This document shows positions 42,387 to 52,324 of a stretch of DNA of 64,000 nt, piece by piece. Under the pieces are notes generated by a model that saw nothing but the letters and a program-made list of their open reading frames with translations, was not told the origin of the DNA and did not search any database. The translations under genes were made by a program, and so were the position numbers. Origin of the DNA: an uncultured Lentisphaerales bacterium (GTDB taxonomy: Bacteria > Verrucomicrobiota > Lentisphaeria > JABSQK01 > UBA12247); the NCBI GenBank assembly GCA_943788985.1, contig CALSSJ010000017.1, forward strand, positions 96,001-160,000, in the 5' to 3' direction. Numbering within the stretch: the stretch's first letter is position 1; every line of letters starts with the position of its first letter.

Positions 42387-42460
42387 CAACTCGAAGGTTC
42401 GTAGTGAGCCTCCTAGCGAAGCGGAGTGGCGTTCTTTCGTGCGACATGTCTGGAAATCTT

Positions 42461-42488
42461 AGGACTTGGTGACTCCATGACTCGATGA
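42461..42488 (-). repeat. Repeat family A copy
   Basis: Reverse complement GAGTCATGGAGTCACCAAGTC, 19/21 match to the 21338-58 copy. Confidence 0.65.
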
Positions 42489-42625
42489 TACCCGACTACG
42501 TCGTAACTACGCTGAAGTGGTGATAAACTGGCTGACGAGCGGCCCCACAGGATGAGCTTGGTGTCCGATCCCGAAATGTACCTGCATATTCGGGTACAAC
42601 TTAACGGGCCATAGTATCGCGCTAA

Positions 42626-42642
42626 ACTAGACTTAGTCTAGT
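42626..42642. promoter_or_regulatory. Palindromic operator upstream of TA operon
   Basis: ACTAGACT-T-AGTCTAGT, 23 nt before the antitoxin ATG. Confidence 0.65.
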
Positions 42643-42665
42643 CAGGTCAAGCGGAGCAAGAAAAC

Positions 42666-42890
42666 ATGCAAGTCAATATGCTGGAAGCAAAGACAAATCT
42701 ATCCAAGCTCGCGGCATTCGTTGCTGATGGCGGTGAGAAAGTGGTTATCGCCAAGGCCGGAACGCCTTTAGTGGACTTAGTTCCCCATCAAGAGGCCAAG
42801 GCTCGCACTCCAGCCGGCTACGATGTGATTATGGACGAGTTCGATCAAGCAGACGATGTGATCGCGGCATTATTTGAAGGGCGGGAATGA
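42666..42890 (+). CDS. Phd/YefM family antitoxin
   Basis: VNMLEAKTNLSKL..GEKVVIAKAGTP. Confidence 0.9.
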   Translation: MQVNMLEAKTNLSKLAAFVADGGEKVVIAKAGTPLVDLVPHQEAKARTPAGYDVIMDEFDQADDVIAALFEGRE

Positions 42891-43276
42891 GACGGATCCT
42901 GCTCGATACGCACGCCCTCCTCTGGTTTATCGCCAGATCTGGCAGCTCCCTTGGACCTGAAGCGCTCGCCTTGATTATCGAACCGCGCAATCATGTCTAC
43001 GTGAGTGTAGCCAGCACGTGGGAGATCTCTATCAAGCGAGCCTTGGGGAAACTCCAAGCGCCAGCGGATATGGACGCGATTGTAGAGGACAAGTCCCTTT
43101 CAAAGCTACCCTTCACCCTATTCCATGGCGATCTCGCCGGCGCACTTCCTGCGCTGCACAATGATCCTTTCGATCGCATGCTGATCGCCCAGGCCCAAGT
43201 CGAAGGTTTGGAACTAATGACCAGCGATCATAAAATGCGGCAGTACAAAGTTCGGTGTATCAACGCAGCCCAGTAG
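42887..43276 (+). CDS. PIN-domain (VapC) toxin
   Basis: LLDTHALLW, SVASTWEISIK, HNDPFDRMLIAQA. Confidence 0.92.
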   Translation: MRRILLDTHALLWFIARSGSSLGPEALALIIEPRNHVYVSVASTWEISIKRALGKLQAPADMDAIVEDKSLSKLPFTLFHGDLAGALPALHNDPFDRMLIAQAQVEGLELMTSDHKMRQYKVRCINAAQ

Positions 43277-43745
43277 CAGAATCGCGCCTTGTGCGCAATC
43301 ACTACTCCCCCGTTACGGCCACGCTGACACGGTGACGGCACCAGCTTCAATAGCAACGTCTTGGAGATGGGCGCTTTCGATTCGTGTGGAAGACATATAG
43401 TTGGGCATTATCTCCGCGAGAACGCATGTATCGGTCACGGGCCTGTGTTTTCGGCCTTGCAGTCTAGAACGAGCTTGCAGCGATGAATGAACACCTCGGG
43501 TAGAGTGCGAACATCGGGCTAATCGTCGGCTGAATCGTCTCGTATTTCTTCCCTTCCTTCTTTCCTTCCTGTTCAGCACCATCAGACGTGGCTCAGCGAC
43601 CTGGCACTGTCTGGAGAATCAAGGTCAGTCGCGTCCATGGCCGCTACGCTCCCCGCAGCCTCCGCCCACGCAAGGCCCAGCACTTGATTGTAGCCTTTTT
43701 GATGTTTGGGTTGAAAAATTTCGAAAGACAGGGAACTGTGCAGTC

Positions 43746-44528
43746 ATGGAATTCAGACCTTGCATAGATCTTAAAGACGGCCGCGTGGTCCAGATTGTAG
43801 GTGGCTCCCTCTCAGACAGCGATCGCTCCGCCGTGCAAACCAACTTCACGACCGACCGTTCGCCTGCGGAGTTCGCAAACCTGTACCGTGAGGATGGCCT
43901 GACCGGCGGGCATGTGATCGCGCTAGGGCCGGGCAACCAGGACGCTGCACTCGCGGCATTCGCCGCCTATCCCGGCGGGTTGCAGATGGGCGGCGGCGTA
44001 AACCTGGACAATGCGACCAGCTATCTGGACGCTGGTGCCAGCCACGTCATCGTCACGTCATTCGTCTTCCGGAACGGCAAGATCGACCAATCACGGTTAG
44101 ACGCCCTCATTGGCCGCATTGGCAGCAAGCGGCTGGTCTTGGATCTCAGCTGCCGCCAACGAGACGGCCGCTACTGGATTGTCACCGATCGCTGGCAGAC
44201 CTTTACCGATGTCTGCGTCAGCCCCGAGACCTTGGCCCAACTTGGCGGCCAGTGCGATGAGTTTCTGGTCCACGGCGTCGATGTCGAAGGCCACCAGGCT
44301 GGCATCGAGGAAGAGCTCGTCGCCCTTCTCGGCGAGCATTCTCCGATTCCTTCCACCTACGCGGGCGGCGCCCGCCATTTCGCCGACCTGGAACGGGTCA
44401 AGGAACTTGGTCGCGGCCGTGTCCACCTCACGATCGGCAGCGCCCTCGATATCTTTGGCGGTGCCCTCCCCTACCGGGACGTCGTCGCCTGGCATCAGGC
44501 CCAGGGCAATGACACATCCTACCGGTAG
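43746..44528 (+). CDS. hisA: ProFAR isomerase, eukaryotic/His6-type HisA
   Basis: [51 protein letters not shown]. Confidence 0.88.
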   Translation: MEFRPCIDLKDGRVVQIVGGSLSDSDRSAVQTNFTTDRSPAEFANLYREDGLTGGHVIALGPGNQDAALAAFAAYPGGLQMGGGVNLDNATSYLDAGASHVIVTSFVFRNGKIDQSRLDALIGRIGSKRLVLDLSCRQRDGRYWIVTDRWQTFTDVCVSPETLAQLGGQCDEFLVHGVDVEGHQAGIEEELVALLGEHSPIPSTYAGGARHFADLERVKELGRGRVHLTIGSALDIFGGALPYRDVVAWHQAQGNDTSYR

Positions 44529-44589
44529 AAATCAATCCAGGCGATTCGCATCGTCTCGGGGTTTGCCGCTAGAATCTCGGCGGACAGAC

Positions 44590-44939
44590 TCAGTTCAAAC
44601 CAACCTCCGGCTTCCCAACTACCCGCAGGCGAGCATCATCAAGCGCCACGGGCTTGCCATTGGCCTTCAGCTCGATCCGCGGCCCCAGATCTCCATGGCT
44701 GGCTACACTTACAGCCAGCGTGTGACAAGCGGTCTTGTGCTTGCGCGATTTCAAGCCCTTCAGGTACAGGCGAACCACCAGGCGCTCAGGCAAGGCATCG
44801 CCACGTTGCACCGTGGCCGGCCCAATCCCGACCTGACTGCCGTAAGATCTGTCTCGCGATCGCAGCTCACCTCGATCGCCCTCGCCTGCAACGCTGCGAG
44901 CAGCACACAGCCTAGCAGTCCAAATCGCCGGTAGCTCAT
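44590..44939 (-). pseudogene. Frameshifted exported hypothetical protein
   Basis: Signal peptide MSYRRFGLLGCVLLAALQARA continuing in another frame (PERLVVRLYLKGL). Confidence 0.45.
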
Positions 44940-45102
44940 GGCACAGTCCTCTTTTTACCTGATCATCCCCTCTTCCTTACCCGCGCCCTGCAAGAAGTCA
45001 ACAGTCACTCCGAGAGCTTCCCCCTCACCGTCGAGTAGTGGTTCCCCCATCGCTACGAGGGAACGGCACTTCCGTGCCTGACTACGAACCCCATGCCCCA
45101 GC

Positions 45103-45180
45103 AATCTGCGAAAATCTGTGAAATCTGCGGATAGCCTCTTCTCCCCCTTCGACAGTCCTCCTTCCGTGCCTTCCGTGGTT
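45103..45180 (+). repeat. Short tandem intergenic repeats (AATCTGYG; CTTCCGTG)
   Basis: AATCTGCGAAAATCTGTGAAATCTGCGG and CTTCCGTGCCTTCCGTGG; similar CTCTGTGCCCTCTGTGG at 45943. Confidence 0.6.
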
Positions 45181-45204
45181 CAAAATCCTCCCCCCCTCCG
45201 GCTC

Positions 45205-45873
45205 TCAGCGCACCTCATTCACAAAGTTTGCCTCCCAGCCCGTCGCTCCCTTCACGAGATCAATGACGACCGGTTCATTGGCAACCTTGTAGCTGCGATC
45301 GACAATACTGGCATTCACACAGGTGGTCTTCCCCAGCGTAGAGACGCCATAACTTTCGTGGATGTGCCCGAACAAGCAGAGCGTCGGCTGGATGCGCTCA
45401 AGGGCAGCCGCCAGCTCCTGACACCCCGACCGGTCACCACCTGACGTCAGGTCACGATGTCCATGAGGCGGACCGTGTACAATCACCACATCAGTATCGT
45501 CCGGGATCAGGTCCCACTTTTCCCGGAGCGCCTTGCCCCGACGGAGGTTGAACGCCCAATTGAAGAACAGAGGCTGCCACGGCGTCCCGTAGAACTTGAC
45601 GCCCTCGAACTCGAAAGCCTGATCCTGCAGATACCTGAAATTCTTCACGATCCGCAGCGCCGCATCGTGCTCACGCTCAAAGCAGAAATCGTGGTTTCCA
45701 GCGATCACAAAGATCCCTCGAAAGTCCAGCGTCCCCGCCCAGCGATTAAACTCTCGGAGTTCGTCAAGCGTCCCCATCCGCGTCATATCGCCAGCGTGCA
45801 CAAGCACATCGCCTGACGGCAAACTAGCCTGTCCATGCAATGAGTGGGTATCACTGGTCACAACAATTCGCAA
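45205..45873 (-). CDS. Calcineurin-like metallophosphoesterase (MPPED/239FB-like)
   Basis: SDTH, HAGD, IAGNHD, HGPP, FGHIHE; AGGAGG RBS. Confidence 0.9.
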   Translation of the reverse strand: MRIVVTSDTHSLHGQASLPSGDVLVHAGDMTRMGTLDELREFNRWAGTLDFRGIFVIAGNHDFCFEREHDAALRIVKNFRYLQDQAFEFEGVKFYGTPWQPLFFNWAFNLRRGKALREKWDLIPDDTDVVIVHGPPHGHRDLTSGGDRSGCQELAAALERIQPTLCLFGHIHESYGVSTLGKTTCVNASIVDRSYKVANEPVVIDLVKGATGWEANFVNEVR

Positions 45874-45984
45874 AGCAACCTCCTGCCTTTTTCCTTCTTT
45901 TACGTCCTGGGCCCAGAAAGGGACGACCAGCCTCTTCCTATTCTCTGTGCCCTCTGTGGTGATCCTCTTCTCGCTCTGCCCCCG

Positions 45985-46992
45985 CTACTGCTCCCCAGCC
46001 AGGTCCGGGGCAACCCAGCGATTACTTCTGGCCCCTTCATAAATTGCGGTCATTACAGCCACGCTGTAGGCAGCTTCGTCGGCGCTGATAAACGCGCCCG
46101 TCGGCCGCCCAGCCACGCCATCCAGAAACGCCTGAAACGGATGCGGTGCCGCGTCCGGAAGATCCTCCCAGATCTCTCCGTCGGCCCCCTCGATGTGCGC
46201 TGAATTCAGATGCAGCTTGCCATTTATCACCGTGGCCCATCCCTCCGTGCCAAAGACTTGCAGGGTAATCGGATTTCCGACATCCACCCAGCTAGCTGCA
46301 ATGCTGCCAATGACACCAGACTTAAACTTCAAAAAGCCTTCACCGGTCTCATCGCACCCGGGATAGCGATCTGTCACCGACATGATCGAGCCAGTCACCT
46401 GCTCGACTTCCCCAAACAGCCACAGCAACAGGTCCAACGAATGCGTGCCAAGGTCGCCGTAGGCGCCACAGCCCGCAATGGCGGGATCCGCCATCCAGCG
46501 CCAGTCGCTGTCGAACCAGCCAGCCAAAGCGCCCGAGTGACAGTTCGAATGGCGCACCCGGGTTACGGTCCCAAAAGCTCCAGCCGCAAGTTGCCCGCGG
46601 ATGAACATATGAGCCGCATTGGCACGATTGAAGTAGCCAGTCTGAAACTTCACCCCGGCTTCGCGGATTGCTGCAGCCATCGAGTATGAATCCGCCGCGG
46701 CCATCCCGAGTGGCTTCTCGACAAACATATCCTTCCCAGCTGCAGCAGACGCCAGCACCAGCTCCTCATGTTGGTCAGTCTCTGAGCAGATAACTACGGC
46801 CGGAATCGATGCATCGGCCCAGATCTCATCCAAGCTCACAACGGGTGCGCTGAGTGCCTCTGCTCGCTCAGCGGCCCGGCCCGCATCCTGGTCCCAAACC
46901 GCGACAGCTTGGATTTCCGCATCTTCGTTAATGCGCTTGATGAAGCTCGGGGCGTGAATATGGCCGCCGCCAATCAATGCGATGTTCGTCAT
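45985..46992 (-). CDS. Gfo/Idh/MocA family oxidoreductase
   Basis: IALIGGGH, VEKP, DLGTH. Confidence 0.9.
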   Translation of the reverse strand: MTNIALIGGGHIHAPSFIKRINEDAEIQAVAVWDQDAGRAAERAEALSAPVVSLDEIWADASIPAVVICSETDQHEELVLASAAAGKDMFVEKPLGMAAADSYSMAAAIREAGVKFQTGYFNRANAAHMFIRGQLAAGAFGTVTRVRHSNCHSGALAGWFDSDWRWMADPAIAGCGAYGDLGTHSLDLLLWLFGEVEQVTGSIMSVTDRYPGCDETGEGFLKFKSGVIGSIAASWVDVGNPITLQVFGTEGWATVINGKLHLNSAHIEGADGEIWEDLPDAAPHPFQAFLDGVAGRPTGAFISADEAAYSVAVMTAIYEGARSNRWVAPDLAGEQ

Positions 46993-47809
46993 GAGAACTC
47001 CTGCCGTACCAAATGAAGGATCCCTGCTCGTAGACAATAACCGCTTTTCCCCCAGCCGCGATCCCGCCCTGGATTTGATACCTACAGGTGATTCTGATCC
47101 AGCAAATAGGAGCCCGCCCAATCCCGTGCCTTGGTGGCCATTTGCGGCCTGCCCAGTCATGATTTCCGGCTGCGTCTTGCTGTACGATGGCGTCAGCGAG
47201 AAACAACTCCTGACGCTCATTGAGCCCATAGCGCGGTTGGTGCTAGCCATTCCCGCCATCGTCTATGGCCATGGATTTGGGTGGTTCTCAACCTACCCTG
47301 CTTCGGCCAAAAAGGAGGATGGCGATCGCCATCCTTCTCTGCACGCTTGGCAGCTGGGTCTGGCCTAGCTAGCAGGCAAAAATCTGGGTGGCGTTAGGTC
47401 CGTGTAGCCTGCTCTTTCGGCTTCTCATCTGGTGCGATTCACGCACCAATGCCACGGAACTACCCCTCGCGCAGTGAAACTTCGGCAGCAAGTTAAATGC
47501 CTTGACCTACGCCTGCACTATGCTCCCCACGGGGTGTAAACTCGTAGGACCGGCTACTTTGATTCCAGCCTGATGTGGCTTGGGATTCTGGTGTTCATCG
47601 CCTGACATCCCGTCCCATTCGTCTGCAAGCGGCTGTTCCGCGCCCGGGCGGCAAAGCGCGCGCTGACTTTGGCATAGATGCCCCGCCGCTCAGTGGGTGC
47701 CGTCTAGATAAAGACCCATTTCGGCAGCTTGTGGCAGAGCAGGCTTGCCCAACACGCTAGCTCACGTACATTCGGCACGCTTGAATGCTGACAACTGAAG
47801 GAGCTTTCC

Positions 47810-48553
47810 GTGAGCCAATTGGGTTATGATGACACGCCGCATATTTCGGGCAATCCGTACCGCGTCCACGATAAAGCGCGCCCGCAACCACGCGTGGTCG
47901 CACCCGGGACGGAAAGCTCGCAGGAAAATCCGGGTAACGCACCCGCTGATGCACAGATTTTGTTCGATGGCAGCAATCTCTCCGGCTGGGAAAGCGTCCG
48001 AGATGGCTCTGACGCTGCCTGGAAGCTGGAGCACGGCTACATGGAAGTGGTCCCCACTACCGGCGATATTCAGACCAAGGCACACTTCGGCGATTGCCAA
48101 CTGCACGTGGAGTTTGCCTCGCCTGAAGTTGTGAAGGGCGATGGCCAGGGCCGCGGCAATAGCGGCCTGTTCCTGATGGGCCGCTATGAGATTCAGGTCT
48201 TGGATTGTTTTCAGAACCCGACCTACGCAGATGGCACGACCGGCGGAATCTACGGGCAATGCCCGCCCCTGGTGAATCCCTGTCGCGCCCCCGGCGCTTG
48301 GCAGACGTACGATATTATCTGGATCGGCCCACGCTTTTGCAATGGCAAGCTGGTATGCCAGGCTGCGGTGACGGTGTTTCTGAATGGGGTGCTGCTGCAC
48401 CACAACAAGACGCTATTGGGGCCCACTGAGCATCGCACGACGACCCGGTATGAGGAGCACCCACAGCAAGGCCCGCTCCGGCTGCAGGATCACGGGGATC
48501 TAGTGCGTTTTCGTAATGTCTGGCAGCGCCCGCTGACAGATTACGACGGCTGA
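47810..48553 (+). CDS. DUF1080 / 3-keto-disaccharide hydrolase family
   Basis: LFDGSNLSGW, LHVEF, GNSG, YEIQVLD, LQDHG..V.FRN.W. Confidence 0.88.
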   Translation: MSQLGYDDTPHISGNPYRVHDKARPQPRVVAPGTESSQENPGNAPADAQILFDGSNLSGWESVRDGSDAAWKLEHGYMEVVPTTGDIQTKAHFGDCQLHVEFASPEVVKGDGQGRGNSGLFLMGRYEIQVLDCFQNPTYADGTTGGIYGQCPPLVNPCRAPGAWQTYDIIWIGPRFCNGKLVCQAAVTVFLNGVLLHHNKTLLGPTEHRTTTRYEEHPQQGPLRLQDHGDLVRFRNVWQRPLTDYDG

Positions 48554-48646
48554 ACCGGTAGTATTTGTTTTGCGACCGGGTTTAAAGGTTATTGACATGA
48601 AGTCGTGTAGCATAAACGTGTTGGCAGGTGTCTGATTATCGAAGAC

Positions 48647-49231
48647 TTGGAAAACTTTCCGTCTGACCGGGAGCTTCTGGAGCGTGCCCAGAGCGGCGAT
48701 GACGAAGCGTTCGGCCTACTCGTGCAGGTGCACCAGGCCAAACTGCGCGGCTTTGCCGCGCGCTACCTCGATGACTCCAATGATGTGTATGACATCGTGC
48801 AGGATGCCTTTGTGGACGCCTATCGCCATCTGGACCGCTTCGACCTGTCGCGACAGTTTGGGCCATGGCTGCGAGCGATCTGCAAAAATCGCATCCTGAA
48901 TCTGTTTCGCTCACGCCGGGTGCGGCGTGATGTGAACCTCACGATCATTGACGATGCGCTGGCGGATCAGGTGCAGTCCGAAGAGGCTGTGGATGAGAAT
49001 TTTGTGGATCGCCTAGTGGCCATGCGTCACTGCATCCAAAAGCTGCCGGATTCTCAGAAGGAGCTCATCGAGCTTCGCTACAATGTCAGGGTCAGCGTCA
49101 AGGATCTGGCGGAAACGATGAATGTGAGCGCAGCAGCTTTGTCTATGCAGCTGATGCGCATGCGCCATAGCATCAAGCGGTGCATGCAACTGCGCCTGTC
49201 ATTGAAACCCAGTGAGGAGACAGAGCCATGA
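48647..49231 (+). CDS. ECF sigma-70 factor
   Basis: GDDEAFGLLV, DIVQDAF, FGPWLRAI, region-4 HTH. Confidence 0.9.
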   Translation: MENFPSDRELLERAQSGDDEAFGLLVQVHQAKLRGFAARYLDDSNDVYDIVQDAFVDAYRHLDRFDLSRQFGPWLRAICKNRILNLFRSRRVRRDVNLTIIDDALADQVQSEEAVDENFVDRLVAMRHCIQKLPDSQKELIELRYNVRVSVKDLAETMNVSAAALSMQLMRMRHSIKRCMQLRLSLKPSEETEP

Positions 49232-50202
49232 ACAGGGAAGAAATGTCTCGCTTCCTCGAGGAGTATCGCGATGGCGTCATCAATGAAGAGGACGCCCGCA
49301 AGGTTGCGAGCGCGATTCGTGATGGTGGGGAGAATGCCGCCTGGGTCCTCGGGGAGCTTCAGTTTACGGGCTTTCTCTCCCAGGCACTTAATTCGATGGA
49401 TGATGAGTCGTTCGCCCGGAGCTTTATTGAGCGACTTGCCGCGGAGCGTTCGGCCAAGGATTTCAGCCGCGATGTCATTTCGGCGGCCACTGGTCAGCAT
49501 CGAGCGGTAGGCCCACAGGGAGAGCTTCCGTTCGGCTTGGCGAGCAATGCGCTGGAAAGTAAAGAGCAGCGCGAGGCTCGGGCAAAGCGCACCAAGAAAT
49601 GGCAGTACATCGCCGCCACAGTCGGCCTGATCGGCATCGTCGTCGTCCTCGACCTTATTCCCAGTTCCGTCGATGACCGGATGGGAACGCTCAGCGAAAT
49701 CACTACCGGCGTGTCACTGATCCGCCATAACAGAGAAGTCCTGCCGCACAAGAAGGACAAGCAAATCATACTGACGCGCGGTGACTTCATCATGCGCGGC
49801 GACGTGTTGCGCGTTCCCGCTGCGGACTCCGCACGAATTAGGATCTCCGAAAACAGCTGGATCAATCTCTACAACGGAGCAGCGGCGGTGTTCGCGCCCA
49901 ACCTCCCCGGAGAGACGAGGGTTCGGGCAGAGGATCGCGAGAACCTGATACTATTGCTCACCGAAGGAATTCTGGAGGCTCTGCTGGAGCCCCGCAGCCA
50001 ACCGGTGATACTGGCCACCCCACACACCATCGCGGAGTCCAAAGAAGCCCGCTTCACGGTTACGGTCACAAGGTCCACCAGTGTGGTCTCGGTTGAATCT
50101 GGCCGGGTCGTAATCACCCGCCGCTCGGACGGCCAGAGTGCAATCCTGACCGCCGGAAAAACCACTTATGTCAGCGCCGGTGGGGCGCTGTTAGTCGAGT
50201 AG
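49228..50202 (+). CDS. FecR-like anti-sigma factor
   Basis: Single TM; C-terminal FecR-like LTEG..TPH..F.V..V.V..G.V; ATGA overlap with the sigma gene. Confidence 0.75.
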   Translation: MNREEMSRFLEEYRDGVINEEDARKVASAIRDGGENAAWVLGELQFTGFLSQALNSMDDESFARSFIERLAAERSAKDFSRDVISAATGQHRAVGPQGELPFGLASNALESKEQREARAKRTKKWQYIAATVGLIGIVVVLDLIPSSVDDRMGTLSEITTGVSLIRHNREVLPHKKDKQIILTRGDFIMRGDVLRVPAADSARIRISENSWINLYNGAAAVFAPNLPGETRVRAEDRENLILLLTEGILEALLEPRSQPVILATPHTIAESKEARFTVTVTRSTSVVSVESGRVVITRRSDGQSAILTAGKTTYVSAGGALLVE

Positions 50203-50213
50203 GAGGACAAAAA

Positions 50214-51020
50214 ATGACAAGTCCACACACACGGGTAAACGTAAACACGCTGCATCGCATGAAGGCCAAGGGCGAAAAAATCGCAATGCTGACCGCCTAT
50301 GATTTTTACACGGCGCAGATTTTTGACCAAGCAGGCATCGACATGTTGCTGGTCGGTGATACCCTGGGAATGGCCTTTGCCGGGCAGGAGGATACGCTGG
50401 GCGTGCGCCTGGAACAGATGGTCTACCACTGCGAGATTGTCTCCCGGGCAGCACAGCGCGCAATGATCGTGGGTGACATGCCCTTTCTGAGTTACCAGGT
50501 CAGTGCCGAGAAAGCGGTCGAAAATGCCGGGGCCTTGATCCAAGACGGCCGCGTACAAGCGGTAAAACTCGAGGGCGGGCGCACCATGGTACCGGTGATC
50601 AAGCGCATTCTTCGTGCCGGCATTCCAGTCATGGGCCACGTCGGACTCACGCCACAATCTGTCCATCGCTTTGGCGGTTGGCGCCTGCAGGGCAAGACTG
50701 CGAACTCCGCAGACCTCGTCCTACATGCCGCCCTGGCACTGGAAGACGCGGGCTGTTTTGCCGTAGTCCTGGAAGCGATTCCAGCAGAACTGGCAGACCA
50801 GATCACTGAGAAACTCACGATCCCCACAATTGGGATCGGTGCCGGGGTTGGCTGTGACGGACAAGTGCTGGTGACGCCCGACATGCTGGGGATCACGGAT
50901 TTTCGCGCTCGCTTCATTAAACGCTATGCGAGTGTGAAGGACGTACTGAGTCAGGCGGCAGGCGACTATTTGAAGGAAGTGAAAGATGGAACCTTCCCCA
51001 GTTCCGAGAACGAGTACTGA
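50214..51020 (+). CDS. panB: 3-methyl-2-oxobutanoate hydroxymethyltransferase
   Basis: MLTAYD, LVGDTLG, DMPF, VKLEGG, GHVGLTPQ. Confidence 0.97.
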   Translation: MTSPHTRVNVNTLHRMKAKGEKIAMLTAYDFYTAQIFDQAGIDMLLVGDTLGMAFAGQEDTLGVRLEQMVYHCEIVSRAAQRAMIVGDMPFLSYQVSAEKAVENAGALIQDGRVQAVKLEGGRTMVPVIKRILRAGIPVMGHVGLTPQSVHRFGGWRLQGKTANSADLVLHAALALEDAGCFAVVLEAIPAELADQITEKLTIPTIGIGAGVGCDGQVLVTPDMLGITDFRARFIKRYASVKDVLSQAAGDYLKEVKDGTFPSSENEY

Positions 51021-51068
51021 ACCGCGCGCGACTTTGTATAGTGGCGTCCTTTTTCCCGGGACCACAGC

Positions 51069-52109
51069 ATGACACCGACTCACGACTTGAATATACTTGG
51101 AACTGACGCTCTGATTTCCCCGAGAGAATTATCAGAAACGATGCCAATCTCGCCGGAAGCAGCAGAATGCGTATTGGCAGCACGGGCGGATGTGCGCTCT
51201 ATCCTTCGTGGCGAAGATTCCCGCCTGCTAGTGGTCGTTGGGCCTTGCTCGATTCACGACTCGGATGCGGCGTTAGAGTATGCCCAACGTCTAGCCATAG
51301 TAGCTAGTGAGGTCTCAGACACCATGTTAGTGACCATGCGCGTCTACTTCGAAAAGCCGCGCACGACGGTCGGCTGGAAAGGCCTGATCAACGATCCGCA
51401 TCTAGATGATTCCTTCGATATGAACGGTGGCCTGCGCCTGGCTCGAGAGCTGTTGTTGCAGATCGTGGCTCTAGGGTTGCCGGCCGCGACCGAGATGCTT
51501 GACCCGATTACCCCACAGTACATCTCCGATCTCGTGGCACTGGCGGCTATTGGTGCGCGCACCACTGAGTCGCCGACCCATCGCCAGATGGCCAGTGGCC
51601 TCTCGATGCCAGTGGGCTACAAGAATAGCACCGGTGGCGACCTCAAGACCGCCACAGACGCCATGCTAGCCGCGCGCGCACCACACAGTTTTCTGGGCAT
51701 TGATTACGACGGCAGAACCTGCATCGTCAACACCAGAGGGAACGACGACGGCTTCCTCATTCTTCGCGGCGGCACAGACGGCCCTAACTATGACGCGGCC
51801 AGCGTTGCCAACGCCGACAAAGCGCTAGCTGGCACCGGACTCAGCCCACACATGATGGTCGACTGCAGCCACGCCAACTCGGACAAGGATCATCGCCGGC
51901 AGCGATTGGTCTGGGATAACGTCCTGGCCCAGAAATTTGGCGGCACCAGAAGCGTGGTTGGTATGATGGTGGAGAGTAACCTCCAAGCAGGAAACCAGAA
52001 GGTCAGTGAGACGATGCAATACGGGGTCTCGATCACCGATGCCTGTATCAACTGGCCAGAGACCGAAGACTTGCTGCGCGAAAGCCACGCCACGCTGAAA
52101 AATGCCTGA
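51069..52109 (+). CDS. aroG: DAHP synthase, class I alpha
   Basis: [47 protein letters not shown]; aroF/G/H subtype not resolvable. Confidence 0.9.
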   Translation: MTPTHDLNILGTDALISPRELSETMPISPEAAECVLAARADVRSILRGEDSRLLVVVGPCSIHDSDAALEYAQRLAIVASEVSDTMLVTMRVYFEKPRTTVGWKGLINDPHLDDSFDMNGGLRLARELLLQIVALGLPAATEMLDPITPQYISDLVALAAIGARTTESPTHRQMASGLSMPVGYKNSTGGDLKTATDAMLAARAPHSFLGIDYDGRTCIVNTRGNDDGFLILRGGTDGPNYDAASVANADKALAGTGLSPHMMVDCSHANSDKDHRRQRLVWDNVLAQKFGGTRSVVGMMVESNLQAGNQKVSETMQYGVSITDACINWPETEDLLRESHATLKNA

Positions 52110-52275
52110 CGACGAGTTCGAACTCTACATCTGTATCCCCTGCGGCTACGTCTATGACCCGTCGCTAGGTGACCTCACCCAGGCCGTAGAGCCAGGAGTC
52201 CGGTTTGCGGACCTCGCAGACGACTGGTGGTGCCCCGGCTGCGGCGTGGACAAGACCCAGTTTGCCCTGCTATAG
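52102..52275 (+). CDS. Rubredoxin
   Basis: Manual translation [37 protein letters not shown]; below the ORF-track cutoff. Confidence 0.93.
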   Translation: MPDDEFELYICIPCGYVYDPSLGDLTQAVEPGVRFADLADDWWCPGCGVDKTQFALL

Positions 52276-52324
52276 CTGTTGATGTGCCACACGCATCTGC
52301 GAAATTCTCCCAAAGGAACCGCCT

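Noticed and set aside
42381..42470. GCCTAAC at a gene end suggesting attC
   Set aside because: No matching GTTRRRY end or attC-like pairing found
43313..43582. 89-aa minus ORF, possible GxxExxY remnant
   Set aside because: No GxxExxY motif in the frames read; only low-complexity flank-like DNA
47531..47611. GGGGTGT..ACATCCC-closed stem, possible tRNA/tmRNA/riboswitch
   Set aside because: No T-arm/CCA or recognisable riboswitch core; overlaps a hydrophobic coding-like remnant
48593..48625. TTGACA upstream of the ECF sigma gene
   Set aside because: No -10 element at 16-18 bp spacing
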